A stretch of DNA of 64,000 bases, from assembly GCA_024704765.1 (NCBI GenBank), contig JAKMXF010000166.1:584743-648742 (forward strand), given 5' to 3'. The DNA comes from Oopsacas minuta. Lineage: Eukaryota; Animalia; Porifera. Made by a program: the position numbers and the translations under genes. This document shows, in pieces, positions 37,396 through 49,948 of the stretch; within the stretch, counting starts at the first letter, position 1; every line of letters begins with the position of its first letter. The notes under the pieces are model-generated. The model saw nothing but the letters and a program-made list of their open reading frames with translations, did no database searches and had not been told where the DNA came from.

Positions 37396-38878
37396 CTTTT
37401 GAGTAAAAGCTGTTTGAGTGGGGATTCGAATTGGATGTTGAATCCGCTGCTAAGATAACACTTGTATAAATGTATTAAAGTTACAAGCTCTCTAATTGTC
37501 CAATATAGTGGACAATTAGAGAGAACCCACTGTATATTCTCGCTTACTAAGAGGGGTATACCCTCCCACTTTCGCGGCCTATGTAACTAGGACAAATATC
37601 GTGATGTATATCTTAACGATTTATTGTGATTAGTTCTCACACAAACATAGTACGATGGCCTCATATATCTGTAAGAAATATGTTAAAGAATAACAAGAAA
37701 ATTACGAGGCTGAAGGGGAAGATCTAACAAAATCGTGTTAAAAGGCCATTAATAGGGCCGATATGAGTAAACTAGACTTAGCTAACCTAGCGGTGTCGCA
37801 AGAGCGATGGGGTTGGGACAAACTTTGAAAATGTAATATGTTGCTAGGGAAAAATGTCCTCGAATATAGTCAAGTGACCACTCAACCAAGTAGAAATTTT
37901 AAAACTGGAACTAGATAACCTAAATTTTTTGCTGATCCGAATATCGAGATTAAATTTGTTTCAGTTAAACTGAAGGTGTTATACGAATTTTGATGTCTTC
38001 AGAAATTGTCAAAAAGTGGAACTTGAAAGTGACAAAACAAAGTTATTCATGATGGATTTTCATGGACTTTTTTTGGTATTAGACATATAACAAGGAGTGC
38101 TTTGTGAAAAATGGCAGTTGTATTATTTATTTCGGAGTTAAGCTTAATTTTGGCTAGATTGACTGGACTATACGCATTTCGGGTAAAATCCAAAAGTTTG
38201 TGAGGATATAATAGTGGATTTTAAATAGTACATACATAGTGGAACCTTCATTAACCGACACGCTGGGAAGTGAAAATTTTCGGATTATGCAGGTGAACTT
38301 GTAATGACGGATGCTATTTCAGATCCGAAACACTGTCGGATTTATAGAGGTCTTCCGGATTATACAGGCATATGCGTCAAATTACCGATTTTGCGCAGAA
38401 AAGTAGGGGGGTCGATATTCCGCCTTCAGCCAATGGTCAATTACTTAACTATATAATAGATACACATACCTGTAAAAGTCCAAGGATTGAACAAAATGTC
38501 CAGGGATTTTAGATGGAGGAGGGCTATCGAGATATTATAATCTCACTCTCAATTTTAGTTAAATATACAGAGTTGTGGATTTGATTGATATTTCATTCAA
38601 ATCCAAATCAAATCCAAATCAAATCGACAATTCTGACTGCCCTCAATGGTGATTAGCAAATATTAGCAAATACAAGTCACTCGGTAATATGAATCCCGAA
38701 TATTATGACGTACAAATATAATCGAGCCCTGCCCTGATAATAATGATTACAGGCTGTGGTACACTAATAAATTTCTGGGTTACTCTGCAGTGTTAGGAAA
38801 AAACCGCCCTTATCTAGAACCGGTCTTTACTGCCTTTTTCTGCTGATTAGGTATGATCATTGATCATAATATCTAAAT

Positions 38879-41209
38879 CAGTGGTTCTCAAACTTTTTCT
38901 CATTGCGTATCCCTCAAGCTGGATCTTGTGTGTGATGTACCCCTTACAATGGCCTGCATTGTAAATATTAGGTTTTCAATCCCTTTTACCCAGTTGTGAA
39001 AAATAAAAGTGTTTTTTATTCTAGCAATATAAATAAAGTAGATAATTAATTAGTGGGAAGGATGTGCTTGCATGCTGTGTATCAGGCTATCAATTCGTGG
39101 CACAGTTTTTGAAAGGGCCAGACGGAGATCAGCTTCCACAGACAACCGCGCTCGAAATTTGTTTTTAATTAGTAATAGTGCTGAAAATCCTTGTTCACAA
39201 AGGTAAGTACTGGGAATCATCAACAAGGTTTTCACTGCTCTATCTGCCACGTTGGGATATATCAAGCTCATTTCGCACCAGAACTTTGTGAGTGCGAGTG
39301 TTTCAAATTGATCTCGGGCAATAGAATCATTGACTAATTCAACAAATTCCTCTTGGACTCTGTCTGGTATAGAACTTACATCGCATCTAAATGGATTTCG
39401 AATCATTTTCATGTCCAGGTCGCTCAAGTCTGGGATGTAAGTTTGAAATTCATTTTGCATTGCTGAGAGGTGAGCCTTTACTAGAGCACCTATACTTTGA
39501 TCTGTAGTACCCTCTTCTCCAAGAGTTGCTGAGAGGCTTTCAAAAAAAATCGAACTTTCCCACGGTTAACTTTGCTTCCCAGAGTTCTAACTTCACAATA
39601 AATGCCCGAATCTTGTCCACACAATCAATCACGGTAGTAAACCGTCCTTGGAGGGACTTGTTGAGCAAGTTGATCCGCGAGAAGATATCATTTAAGTAGG
39701 CGAGTTTTTTCAGCCATTCTTTGTCTGAGAGTTTGCCGAAGAATACTTTTGACTTCTCTTTCCCATCTCGTTCAAAGAATTCAAGCAATTGGTTTTCAGT
39801 GAATATACCCGAGAGAGCATGTTCCCTCGTGAGAGCCAACGAACTTCAGTATAGAACAGCAAATTCTGATGGTCAATATCTAATTCTTGGCACAATAGGC
39901 GGAACACACGTGTATTAAGAGCACTGGACTTGATAAAATTGACCATGGTGACAACATCATCAAGAACAAGTTTTAGATCGGATGGAAGTGTTTTAGACGC
40001 AAGAGCGTATCGGTGTATCATACAGTGATTGTGTTTCGAAACGGGATTCACTGTCTTTACCCGAGCTCGAAATCCCGAATGAATTCCAAGCATAGCAGGA
40101 GCACCATCTGTTGTGCAAGCAGGAACATTCTTCCAGGATAGTCCCATTCTATCAAAGTAATCAGAGACCTGCTGGAAGATATCTTCTCCTTTTGTAGCTG
40201 TTTCCGAGCAATGGCAAAATAGGAACTCTTCCTTGAAGTCCCCGTCTTTGATATACCGTGCAAATACCAGTAGTTGTGCACTAGAAACATCCGTTGACTC
40301 ATCAAGTTGAATTGAAAATGTGTTCAACGGGGCTCCCAAAATCTCAGCAACTACCTGCTGCTCAACGTCATCTGCCATATCTGTAATTCGGCGCTTGATT
40401 GTGTCGTTCGAGAGAGGCAGAGAGACGAGTTTCTTTTCGGCGCTATCTCCCAAAATGCAGTGCACGATGTCCTTACAACAGGGGAGTATAAGATTTTCTG
40501 CAATCGTATGTGGTTTCTTTTCTTGAGCGATTCGCAGAGCCACCATGTACGAGGCACGAAGACCTGCTTGAGTCTGTTGACTTACTTGTCCTCTGTGTCT
40601 ATACGGATTCGCGTTACTCCTACCTCTTGGTGCTTGAAGAAATCTATATCCTTATCTGCAAGATTTGGGTGGTACCCGCTTAAATGGCGTTTTAGAAAAC
40701 TTGGTTTCATCGAGCCCTCAGATAGCACCTTATAACATATTACACATTGTGGTAGTTCCCGTCCCTCTTTAAGTATGGATGTAAATCCATATTTGATATA
40801 GTCTTCATTATACTTCCGTTTCTTAGCAGATTCCATATGAATTTGGTGATAAAGTCAAGGTCTCAAAGAAATACTCTTCTAATTTCCATTTTATAAGAAC
40901 AATACGATACACGGGTGGGTGTGATATTCAAATCAATATGAGTTGACACATATGTACGGACAATGGAATCCTTAATTAGCATAACCTCAAACAATAAATA
41001 TTCAAGGGTGATAATAATTAGTGATGAAACCATTGTAACTGATACATATTAATTATTTGGCATGAAATTACTATCTATGTGCTGAGTCTGTTGACATGAT
41101 AGTGTGTAACTCGAAATATTTGTATATGATTATTACAGAATTGATATGATTAGGTGAAACACCGGCGTACCCCTATAGGGGTACGTGTACCCCAGTTTGA
41201 GAACCACTG
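38879..41209 (-). mobile_element. Full-length hAT (Buster / ZBED-like) element with frameshifted transposase
   Basis: TIR cagtggttctcaaac at both ends with a perfect TSD atctaaat (38871-38878, 41210-41217). ORF pieces 40836-40582 (BED finger), 40546-39710, 39839-39540 and 39460-39050 (PSTYLCEQGFS). Confidence 0.93.
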
Positions 41210-41599
41210 ATCTAAATGAATATTGATTAGTTATTAGTGATATTCTCTTCCATAATATCTTATCTAAACAAACATGTCAGTTCATTAAGTTGATATTCAA
41301 CGACCCTCTGTCTAAACATTAAGAACCCAGTATCAAAGGCTTGAAGTCCGAAATTTCAACAACAACAGGTAATAAAAGAGTAAAATCTCTTTAGAAAATC
41401 AGTCTATTACATGTCAAAATGGCCCAAGAGTAAAGTCACAGTTACATATGGTGATTATGGTCATAAGTGTTTTGTTTTAAATTTAATGCTCTTTTCCGGG
41501 GGTGGAAATAACCGTTTTTTTCCAGGGGTTTTACTGGGGTGGTTTTTTCTCACAAACACTGTTACCCTGTTCCCATGGCAACCCTGTGATGGCGGGTAA

Positions 41600-41980
41600 T
41601 CTATATTATTAAATCTAAATTGTTGTTTGTCTGTGTTGTTTATTTGTCCGTTGTCAAGGAAGGGATTTACGGAATGCAATTTTGAAATTGTCGCATAACT
41701 AGGTATTTATCTTGTTTATCAAGTGATCACACTTTTGGATAATCATATGTTAATTTATTGTTGTTTTTATGAATATAAAGTAAACAAATTTCAAAATTGA
41801 AGTAGAATCATACTTTCAACGACTATTATTAGGTATTCGAGTATACCGAGTCCGATTATGGTATTGTAACAACATCAATATTGTTAAATCTCAATTGTTG
41901 TTTGTCTGTTTGTTTGTCCGTTGAATACCTCGAGGCGCAATGCGCCGAGTTCATCGCGAAGGGACAAGTCAAAGGCTCGT
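41600..41980 (+). repeat. Helitron-like non-autonomous element
   Basis: A|TCTATATTATTAAATC start, gtttgtctgt tracts, and 3' gcgcaatgcgccgagttcatcgcgaag..aaaggctcg|T. Confidence 0.65.
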
Positions 41981-42571
41981 AATAGATTAAAGTTTCAATA
42001 ATTATGCGACAGTGCACTTTATTTTATAGATCGATACTAGCAACGGATGAAATATATCCATCTGCATACTTATAGCTAAATTAATTTTAAAAAGGATTTA
42101 ACTCAGATATTAAATCAAATCATTTTCTATTTAAAATGCATCAAATCCATCCAAATCAAATCCAAATTAAATCAAATCTACAACTTTGTAAATTTAATCC
42201 ATGCTCTACTTTCTGGGGAGCTGAATCTAGAGCGAAAAGTGGGAGGGGCTAATTCTACGCTTATGTATAAAGGTGTCGGTTTATGCAGGCTCCACAGTAT
42301 ATCCACAAACTTTTATCCCTGGTGAAAAGTAATGAACAGGGCTTATTTATAGTAATATAATGATTCTAAATTTCGCATTTTCAAATTTATTATACATACG
42401 TATGTACAATTCGACATTTTGCAAGTAATGGCCGTTCCTCTCTGCATAATCTCCCTACTCTTGTGGTAATGGTATGCTATGAGGAGCGGAGCGACGAGTA
42501 CTTTGCGAAGCTATCTTCGAGCCAAAGGCTTGTTACATAAGATTTTATTATGAAAATTGGTTCCCCACCCA

Positions 42572-43933
42572 TTAATTGTATAGATTGTAAATAATTGTGC
42601 TAATGTTCGGTCCAATTCTCCCTGCATTAGGCGTATTAAGTTGAATATTCTCAAGTAACTTTCTCCCCTCTTTCTCATCTAGTTCTTTATACCTATCTAA
42701 TAAGTTTGACAAAGTTGGGTATTCACTTATAATAGCGATTGCTTCGTCCTCTGTAAGTCTAGGAACTTGCATTAAATGTTTAGTGAACATGTCAGATAAA
42801 CTTAGAGGAACGGTTTTAACGAATCTACTTTGAAAATAATCGAATAACATTAAATTGGTATCATATGGTTGAGATTGAGATTCTGAACACTTAGAGTGCA
42901 GTGTCCGGCCTTGATAAAGCTGAATTAGTGTCTTTGTGAAATTAACTAAATAGCGCAGCGTCTCAAACACATCACGAGTGAATTGGATAATAAAATCGTC
43001 TCTAATATTGGTGAGAAATATAGCGTTCATGAGAGTATCTCTATCTAGTGTTCCTTTAAATGAACTCATCTCAATTAGATAGATGGGTTTCAATCCAGTT
43101 GATATTATTCTCTCTTTCTGTTCTTGGTATCTCTTATCAATAATGCTTTTAGATAAATCGTCTAACCTCTTCCTCTCCACTATGTAAGGTAGAATCAGCT
43201 CTTTAGGACCAGACCTAGCTATCCAGATAAAGTCTCCACAGGTTAAATGACAAGATTCATACTTGATCCCAGAATCTAACCAATTCTTAAACATATCCAC
43301 CTTTGCCTTCCTCTTATCAGAATTCATAAGGATCTGGTATTCCATTAGATCACAGATTAATACTATCTCGTAGGAATCTGGTGACAGAGTGATGGCAGGT
43401 AAATTTACACACGAAATTATAGAATCCTCATCCGAATAGTTATTGTTTGAATCTAAAATAATAGGCATTGTATTGTCTCTCTCAGTTGTTACGTTAGAAT
43501 CTGATAGATTCGAATTCACATTAGGAGTAGTTTTTGAACTTTGATCCGAATCTAGCGATGTCAGATTCTGGGATTGATAGGTATCGTATGAAGCAGCTTG
43601 CACTAACTCAATCTGATTTTGAAACTGAACAGCCAACTTCCTTCCAATGCTAGTGAGTGAATATTTGACTGGATGTCCAGAAGAAATTACTAATAACTTT
43701 TTAATGAGAATGCTCATAGTACTCCAGGCATTGTAGAAGATATTATTTGTTACAATAAAGGATGTGTCTGAGTGGTACTGAGCCTTGCTTATAATATCTT
43801 TCTTCCTCATCTCCTGGAGACCTTTTTGCTCCCCTTCCAGCAAACCGATTAGAATAGCATACCCTCCGCTCCTGTTCCGAGGTCTGTAACCAATATCTGA
43901 AGCTCTGTGTTTAGACTTGCTGTTGTCAGTCAT
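42572..43933 (-). CDS. MUS81: Crossover junction endonuclease MUS81, ~453 aa from the first ATG, single exon
   Basis: Winged-helix YRPRNRSGGYAILIGL, ERCC4 motif GDFIWIAR...ERKRLDDL..SIID.RY.EQK.R, and a C-terminal (HhH)2. The ORF-track start at 43990 is a non-ATG codon. Confidence 0.9.
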   Translation of the reverse strand: MTDNSKSKHRASDIGYRPRNRSGGYAILIGLLEGEQKGLQEMRKKDIISKAQYHSDTSFIVTNNIFYNAWSTMSILIKKLLVISSGHPVKYSLTSIGRKLAVQFQNQIELVQAASYDTYQSQNLTSLDSDQSSKTTPNVNSNLSDSNVTTERDNTMPIILDSNNNYSDEDSIISCVNLPAITLSPDSYEIVLICDLMEYQILMNSDKRKAKVDMFKNWLDSGIKYESCHLTCGDFIWIARSGPKELILPYIVERKRLDDLSKSIIDKRYQEQKERIISTGLKPIYLIEMSSFKGTLDRDTLMNAIFLTNIRDDFIIQFTRDVFETLRYLVNFTKTLIQLYQGRTLHSKCSESQSQPYDTNLMLFDYFQSRFVKTVPLSLSDMFTKHLMQVPRLTEDEAIAIISEYPTLSNLLDRYKELDEKEGRKLLENIQLNTPNAGRIGPNISTIIYNLYN

Positions 43934-44589
43934 AATTAAACTATAAAGACATTTGTTTTTGATATTGATGAGAAATTTAAGTAGATTCAAATATTAATTG
44001 TAGAACTATAAGTAAATAGAATAAATATGTTGAATTAGATCAAAAGTCCAATGTTAGTGGCCTGTTTATCGAGAAAAAATAATTCTTCGTTAAAGTAACG
44101 CATACAAATATGAAAATTGCTATCAAACTGACATAACTCGTAAACCGCGAATAATCGAGGGAATACATAGCGAGTTCACGGGAAAACGAGACACAAATAT
44201 TTTCCGCGAATAATCGAGACAGTCAAAGGCAAACTCGCGAACGCCGAGGGCTGTCTGTATATCATTAACTTTGCTGGATGATGATGATAACCACCCCTTT
44301 TCCTAATAATTACATTGACGTAAAAATGGTCTCAATGAAATTTGGTCGCGAGTAATATCAGAGACGTTTACCGGCTATCCAAAGTGAATTATCCCTTTGG
44401 ATAGTTGGTCACAGGAATTAATGCTTGAAGAAACCATTGTGTAAAAGATAATTTATTCTTGATGTTTCAATCATTGTTGTGAGGGTATCACTTTTGTATA
44501 AATTTGTTTTAATCTCTACGACGGGATACCGACAATTCGGTACATTACTATTTAGTTTGGAGTAAATAGGAAATTTGAGACAGGCGATG

Positions 44590-44900
44590 CTTCTATTCTC
44601 AGAATACGTGTTGATTGTTTGAACCCTGGGTGAGAACCTGTAAATTGGAACTAATTAGCAACTAGTTGATGTGTTACATACAAACATCAGCTGCAAATCA
44701 TTTATGTTGAAACAAAACATGCTAACTGCACATCACAATATTGGCGATAGTGTTTTGGAACTTTCTGAAGGCACATCTGCTATACTACAAAGATTGAATA
44801 GCCTGAAACGTACTATTCATCGCCAGCGGGAAAGGACAATTCGGCTTCTGCTCAACTGACGAGTTTAGAAGATCTTCAAAATTTATTGCAAGATGCAAAA
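44590..44900 (+). pseudogene. MULE transposase remnant
   Basis: LSEGTSAILQRLNSLKRTIHRQR...LTSLEDL resembles the linker of FLYWCH/MULE transposases. A second piece, ESSMYRARRMLQPK, lies at ~46070-46115. Confidence 0.4.
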
Positions 44901-45368
44901 CGAACCAAAGACGTGAATATCAAGACAAAAGATTGGCTCTGAGAGAGCTGGCTATGGGGTACCACCACAGGCCTAAAATTGGAGTTCTTCGAGGAATAGC
45001 TCTTCAAATAGGATCAGAAACACAGAAGGGATTGAAAATATATCCGCCGGAAGTGGTTCCTATATCAAAAAATCAGGATCTTTAGTCATGGATAACAAAT
45101 AGAAACATTTTGGTGCTTTTATCCGTATGTTCACATGCGCTTAAGCTGCCTGACTAGAGTGTAAGTTAGCAGCGAGTAATGAACTTAACACTTAATAATT
45201 CAGTCAATTTCACTCAATCTATACTATTAAACTCAATTAATCTATATATGTTAGTGTGTCCAGAATTGATTGAAGAACCTGGAGGACCCAGGGCTGATTT
45301 TTGGCATCCAGTGGTATTTTGGGCCTCGATCGGAAAAGTTCGAGTCTTGACAACAATTTACCTATGAC

Positions 45369-45512
45369 CAGGGGCGTTGGAAGTGGGGCGGCCCCCACTT
45401 TTTACATGAAATAACGTTAGTTCTTTGGGTCATGAGTCAGCAGAGCCACCCCTCTTTGTATCATTATGCTAACATGGGCCGCCACGCATTCCAAGGGCTT
45501 CCTACTACCCTG
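45369..45512. mobile_element. 144-bp hAT MITE inserted in another repeat
   Basis: Imperfect TIR caggggcgttggaag / cttcctactaccctg with a perfect 8-bp TSD cctatgac. The host repeat (45260-45760) recurs without this insertion at ~50530-50880. Confidence 0.8.
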
Positions 45513-46469
45513 CCTATGACGAAATTATGACGTCATTGTCGCGTTTTTGGATTTTCGAAAAATCACACTATTGACCACTGCTCAGCCAATATACATGATA
45601 GAAGTTTGAAATTTGAATCACAGGTACCCCTCAATATGTCAAATGGCCTGACGTCATGATTATTACCAACTCCTGATGGTATTATTACGTCATCATGATT
45701 GTACAAAAAAATTCAGTATTTCTTAATACACGAGGCACGAAGTGCCCAGCTCTAAGAATAGTCTGTTTGGATGCGATAACAATATTTAGGTTTCCTTTAC
45801 GTGTTAAATGCAGATTAGTTTCATAAACCATGAAACCTGTTGTTTATTGTCACATCCATTGAGTGGAAATACCTAAAATTGGAGAATTGTGTTTTGACGA
45901 AAATGATCCCCCTATAGATTGATCCGGGGGAACCATTTTCGACAAAACAATTGGCGTTAAGGATTTAGAAAAGATTGGAGTATAGAGTAGAAGAATTCAA
46001 ACCCATTACAGGAAAAGTGATGATACAACTAGAACCGATCCTTTTGCATGTAGGGTATCATTTACTGAAATTGAATCATCGATGTATCGGGCAAGAAGAA
46101 TGTTGCAGCCCAAAATTCTAATTAACCTCTATCGCGTACAATTAGCCTCTTTTGTGTAGAGTTAACCTTTTTCGTGTCTATAAGTAACCTCGTGTACAAA
46201 TTATCGTTATATATTTTTTCTTTCTCCTTATTCCTTGTATTTTATTCTAACTTTCATTTTCAATTTAATTCATTCTTTTAATTCAAATTAACAGGTCTCC
46301 ATTTAACCTGTTTGCTTGAGGTTTACAGTAGCCAAACTCTACTCGATTACATGAAATACATAGTATCTCCTCGATTACCTATTTAATACTGTTGAGCAAT
46401 TCACTCTAGCTATTATATATCTTGATCTATCCTACTTTTAATTTTACCTATTTTCGAGAGTCAACTTTT

Positions 46470-47588
46470 TCATGGCTTCAAAACACATATCAAGCAAAAC
46501 CGAACAACGAGCTTACATAAAGATTCGCACTGTACTCGGCGACAAACCATTCAGATACATGAGGATTTCGTCACCGTTTATCATGGGGAAGCTCTAGCGT
46601 ATCCCACTGTCAAGGTATGGGCACGTGAATTGAGGGCTGCTAGGGGTAGCATTGAAGATGCCCCTCGGACCAGAAGGCCGATTTCCGCTACCATCTCTGA
46701 AATTCTGGAACTTTTGGGATATTGACCCCCATTTGAGCGTTGAAGAGCTTGCCCTAATCCTGGGCATCTCATCGGGAAATGTTCATACAATTCTACACGA
46801 TTATCTCGAATATCGAAAGATTTCAGCGCGATGGATACCAAAAATCCTCACAAAAGGGCAAAGGAGAAGAGGTTTCATGAGCGAAAAAATAGCTTAAAGA
46901 ATATAGGGATTGTGATTCTCGAAGGTTATATGAAATCATCACTGGTGACGAAACTTGGATTAATTTTCTGAACCTCTATGTATGGAACATAGCAAATCGT
47001 GACTCCCAAAAGTGTTCTTATCCCCCGAATGGCACATCCGGACTCCCGAGACAATAAGCTTCTCTAGAGCATATTTTGTGATGCGTATGGGTCAGCTGCT
47101 CAAAACCTGTGCCTAAAGGTAATCTACTCAATGAGAATTTTACGCTGATAAATGTCTGAACCTATAAAACACGACGTCCGCGTACAGGAACTCGATGAAT
47201 CAAACTTCTCCACGATAATGCCAGACCTCATGTTTCAAGATACGTTAGGGAATTCATTGAGGATATCGGGTTTGAAACGATGGCACATCTTCCGTATTCC
47301 CCAACTCTTTCACCTTGTGATTTCTGGCTATTTCCTGAGCTGAAATAACATCTCAGAGGACGGCTATTTCATAGCCGACAAGTGCTTGGAAACGGGGTTT
47401 ACCACTACCTCAATTCAGTAGACAGAGACGAGTAATAAAAAAACATTTTCGAAGTGGGTTGAATGGCTACAACTATGCATCGATGTAGAGGGGAGTATTT
47501 CGAACATTTTATGTAGAAATTTGATTAGTAAGTTGTTGTAGTGTCAAGATATTAAACAAAGATGGGAAATTTTTGAATGCCCTAAGTA
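46470..47588 (+). mobile_element. Degraded mariner element (right TIR present, left TIR not seen)
   Basis: MASK..EQRAYIKIRT, RKISARWIPKILT, ITGDETW and PCDFWLFP fragments; ends tttttgaatgccctaag|TA. Confidence 0.8.
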
Positions 47589-48469
47589 CAATACATTTCA
47601 TTAGTTCATGAACCCCTCAATGGGTTTTCGGTCTCAGATCCAGCCTGGAACCCCAATCAGTCAGGGTCTGGTGAATTGCGGCATCTACACAAGGGGGTCA
47701 GGGGGCCTTGAAAAGAACAAAATCACATAACCCTGAGCTGCACTCCCAGCCTGTCGACTGGGACAATTTTATAAAGAATACTGGCCACCATTATAGGAAC
47801 CCAAGGCTGAGATTAGATATTTGAAATTTATAAGAACAGTGGAAGCCGGTTAATCGGGAAAGATCGGGAGTCAATGTTTGTCCCGGTTAACCGATCATGA
47901 TTTATTTAAGTATTCAAAACTAGTTTTTCATGATCTTATAACCAAAGATATCTTAAATAACCACTAAAAATTCCTTGCTATAGCTATAGGGTCTAGAGAT
48001 GAATCGTTATAAGTTGCGTAGAAATATGTGAAAATTTGATTAATCACTCTACACCTCCAATTACACCTGCAACTTGCTTTTGAATTTTACTTAGAAAGGT
48101 GTGAAAATACAAATATGATTATTCACCAAAAAGGTATGAAATATTATGTATACTAATTTTCATTTATATCTGACTGTTAGATTTCGCACGGCTGAGCAGA
48201 TGGACCGACGTGACACATCGTCCATGCCATCAGGGCATCTCTCTATAGGAGCTACAGTCAAAACTAATTAGTATTGTTTTCATAGTAGGTTCAAAATTTA
48301 TTGGTGCCCCTCGTAGCGTATTACGTATTTCACGCATGAATTTATTTTACAACAATACATATTTTTCAAGTGGTGACATTGGCTTTATTCACTTACAAAA
48401 CTTGATTACCTACTTGAAATGCTGGAGGGTTATTTTATAACCAGAGCATTTCAAGAGCTGGACCAGGAG

Positions 48470-48699
48470 CAGTGGCGTCGTGTGGCTTGAAATCTGGGGG
48501 GGGCACAAATTCAATCTGCAACAAGTTCTGGATGAGGGTCTATGGGCGCTGTAAACAGTCAATAAGGACCAGGAGCGAAACTCATCGCAAGAAATAACAT
48601 TTGATTTGCAATTAGCCCATTTTCTGGTCCCTTGCAGTAATGATGAGGGAAGTCGGAGAATATTTGGGGGTCACGGGCCCATATACCACGACTCCACTG
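48470..48699. mobile_element. hAT MITE
   Basis: TIR cagtggcgtcgtg / cacgactccactg; TSD accaggag vs acctggag (7/8). Confidence 0.7.
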
Positions 48700-49161
48700 A
48701 CCTGGAGCATTCTCCATTTATGATTCAGTACCGCAAGGTGGAGCGACGCTCCTTTTTTGGAGAATCGCCCACACCGGAGTCCGCTCTAATTTAGCTGCAA
48801 GCAATATTCAAATGTCATCGATATTCTGCATAAATTCGGTATTGTTGCTATAGAATGTGATTGTTTGTACACTTTTTCATAACTCGCAACAGGTTTGACG
48901 TTATACATTTAGCAATTTCCTGAATGTGTAATGGTAAAATTCAATCCTGCTTACTTATATAAATCTAATGTAAATCCAAAGAATGAAAAGGAGAGCGATT
49001 GGAGCGCGCTCCTTTTTCCTGGAGCGGGAGCCGGAGTGAACTCCTTTTCTGAGTAAGGCTTCTTTTTCAGGCGAGGTTCGCGCTCCATTACCACTATCCA
49101 GATTATTAATTGTCTATTATGTGAATATCTCAATTTAGTAAAGTTAACAAAGCTCTTTATT

Positions 49162-49948
49162 ATGCATAGTAAACCAAGTTTTGACCCAATTTGTGAGAAT
49201 GGTAACCAGATTTTAAAACCATTCCTTATTGGAGTCACTGGAGGTAGTGCATCTGGGAAAACTACTGTCTGTGAGAAGATTATTGAACAATTAGGAGCAG
49301 CTGGGATAGCTAATCAAGAGAAAAAAGTTTCAATTCTTAATCAAGATAGTTTTTATAAGGATCTCACACAAGAAGAACATCGTTTAGCCGCGGTCGGTGA
49401 TTACAATTTTGACCACCCTGACTCATTTGATAAAGAATTTGATAATAATGTCATTAAAATATCTTTTACTAAGGAAAACTATTCAAGTTCCAATTTATGA
49501 CTTTAGGACACACAAAAGAACAAAGGAGATGGCCATCGTTTATCCTTCTGATGTTATATTGTTCGAAGGTATATTAATATTATACGAACCATTATTTAGA
49601 GATCTACTTGATTTGAAGATATTTGTTGATGTAGACAGTGATGTAAGGCTTTCAAGAAGAATACTAAGAGATATGTCTCAAAGAGGAAGAACTTTAGAGT
49701 CTATATTAAAACAGTATGCTACATTCGTTAAACCATGTTTTGAGGAATTTACTCTCCCTACAAAACAATACGCAGATGTAATCATACCTAGGGGTGTTGA
49801 GAATATCGTTGCAATCAATCTTATTTGTCAACACATATCGAATATCCTCTCATCCAAAAGTTCTGTTATGTCCAGAATGGAAAAGATTAGAGTCCGCAGA
49901 TTCTCAGAATCGGATAAGCTTTGTAGCAATGGAACATGGGAAGATTGA
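49162..49948 (+). CDS. UCK2: Uridine-cytidine kinase (UCK1/2-like) split by a single extra T at 49438-49440
   Basis: [24 protein letters not shown] and [10 protein letters not shown] in frame 1; [33 protein letters not shown] and [13 protein letters not shown] in frame 2. Removing one T restores the human FD-14aa-KT spacing. UCK1 versus UCK2 not resolvable; could be an assembly error or a pseudogene. Confidence 0.82.

Noticed and set aside
47600-47800. Possible self-cleaving ribozyme in a GC-richer patch
   Set aside because: Only one short hairpin (tcccag..ctggga); no CUGANGA/GAAA or HDV topology on either strand.
49430-49480. Micro-intron explaining the UCK frame change
   Set aside because: Spacing relative to human UCK leaves only one surplus base, and there is no GT..AG pair.
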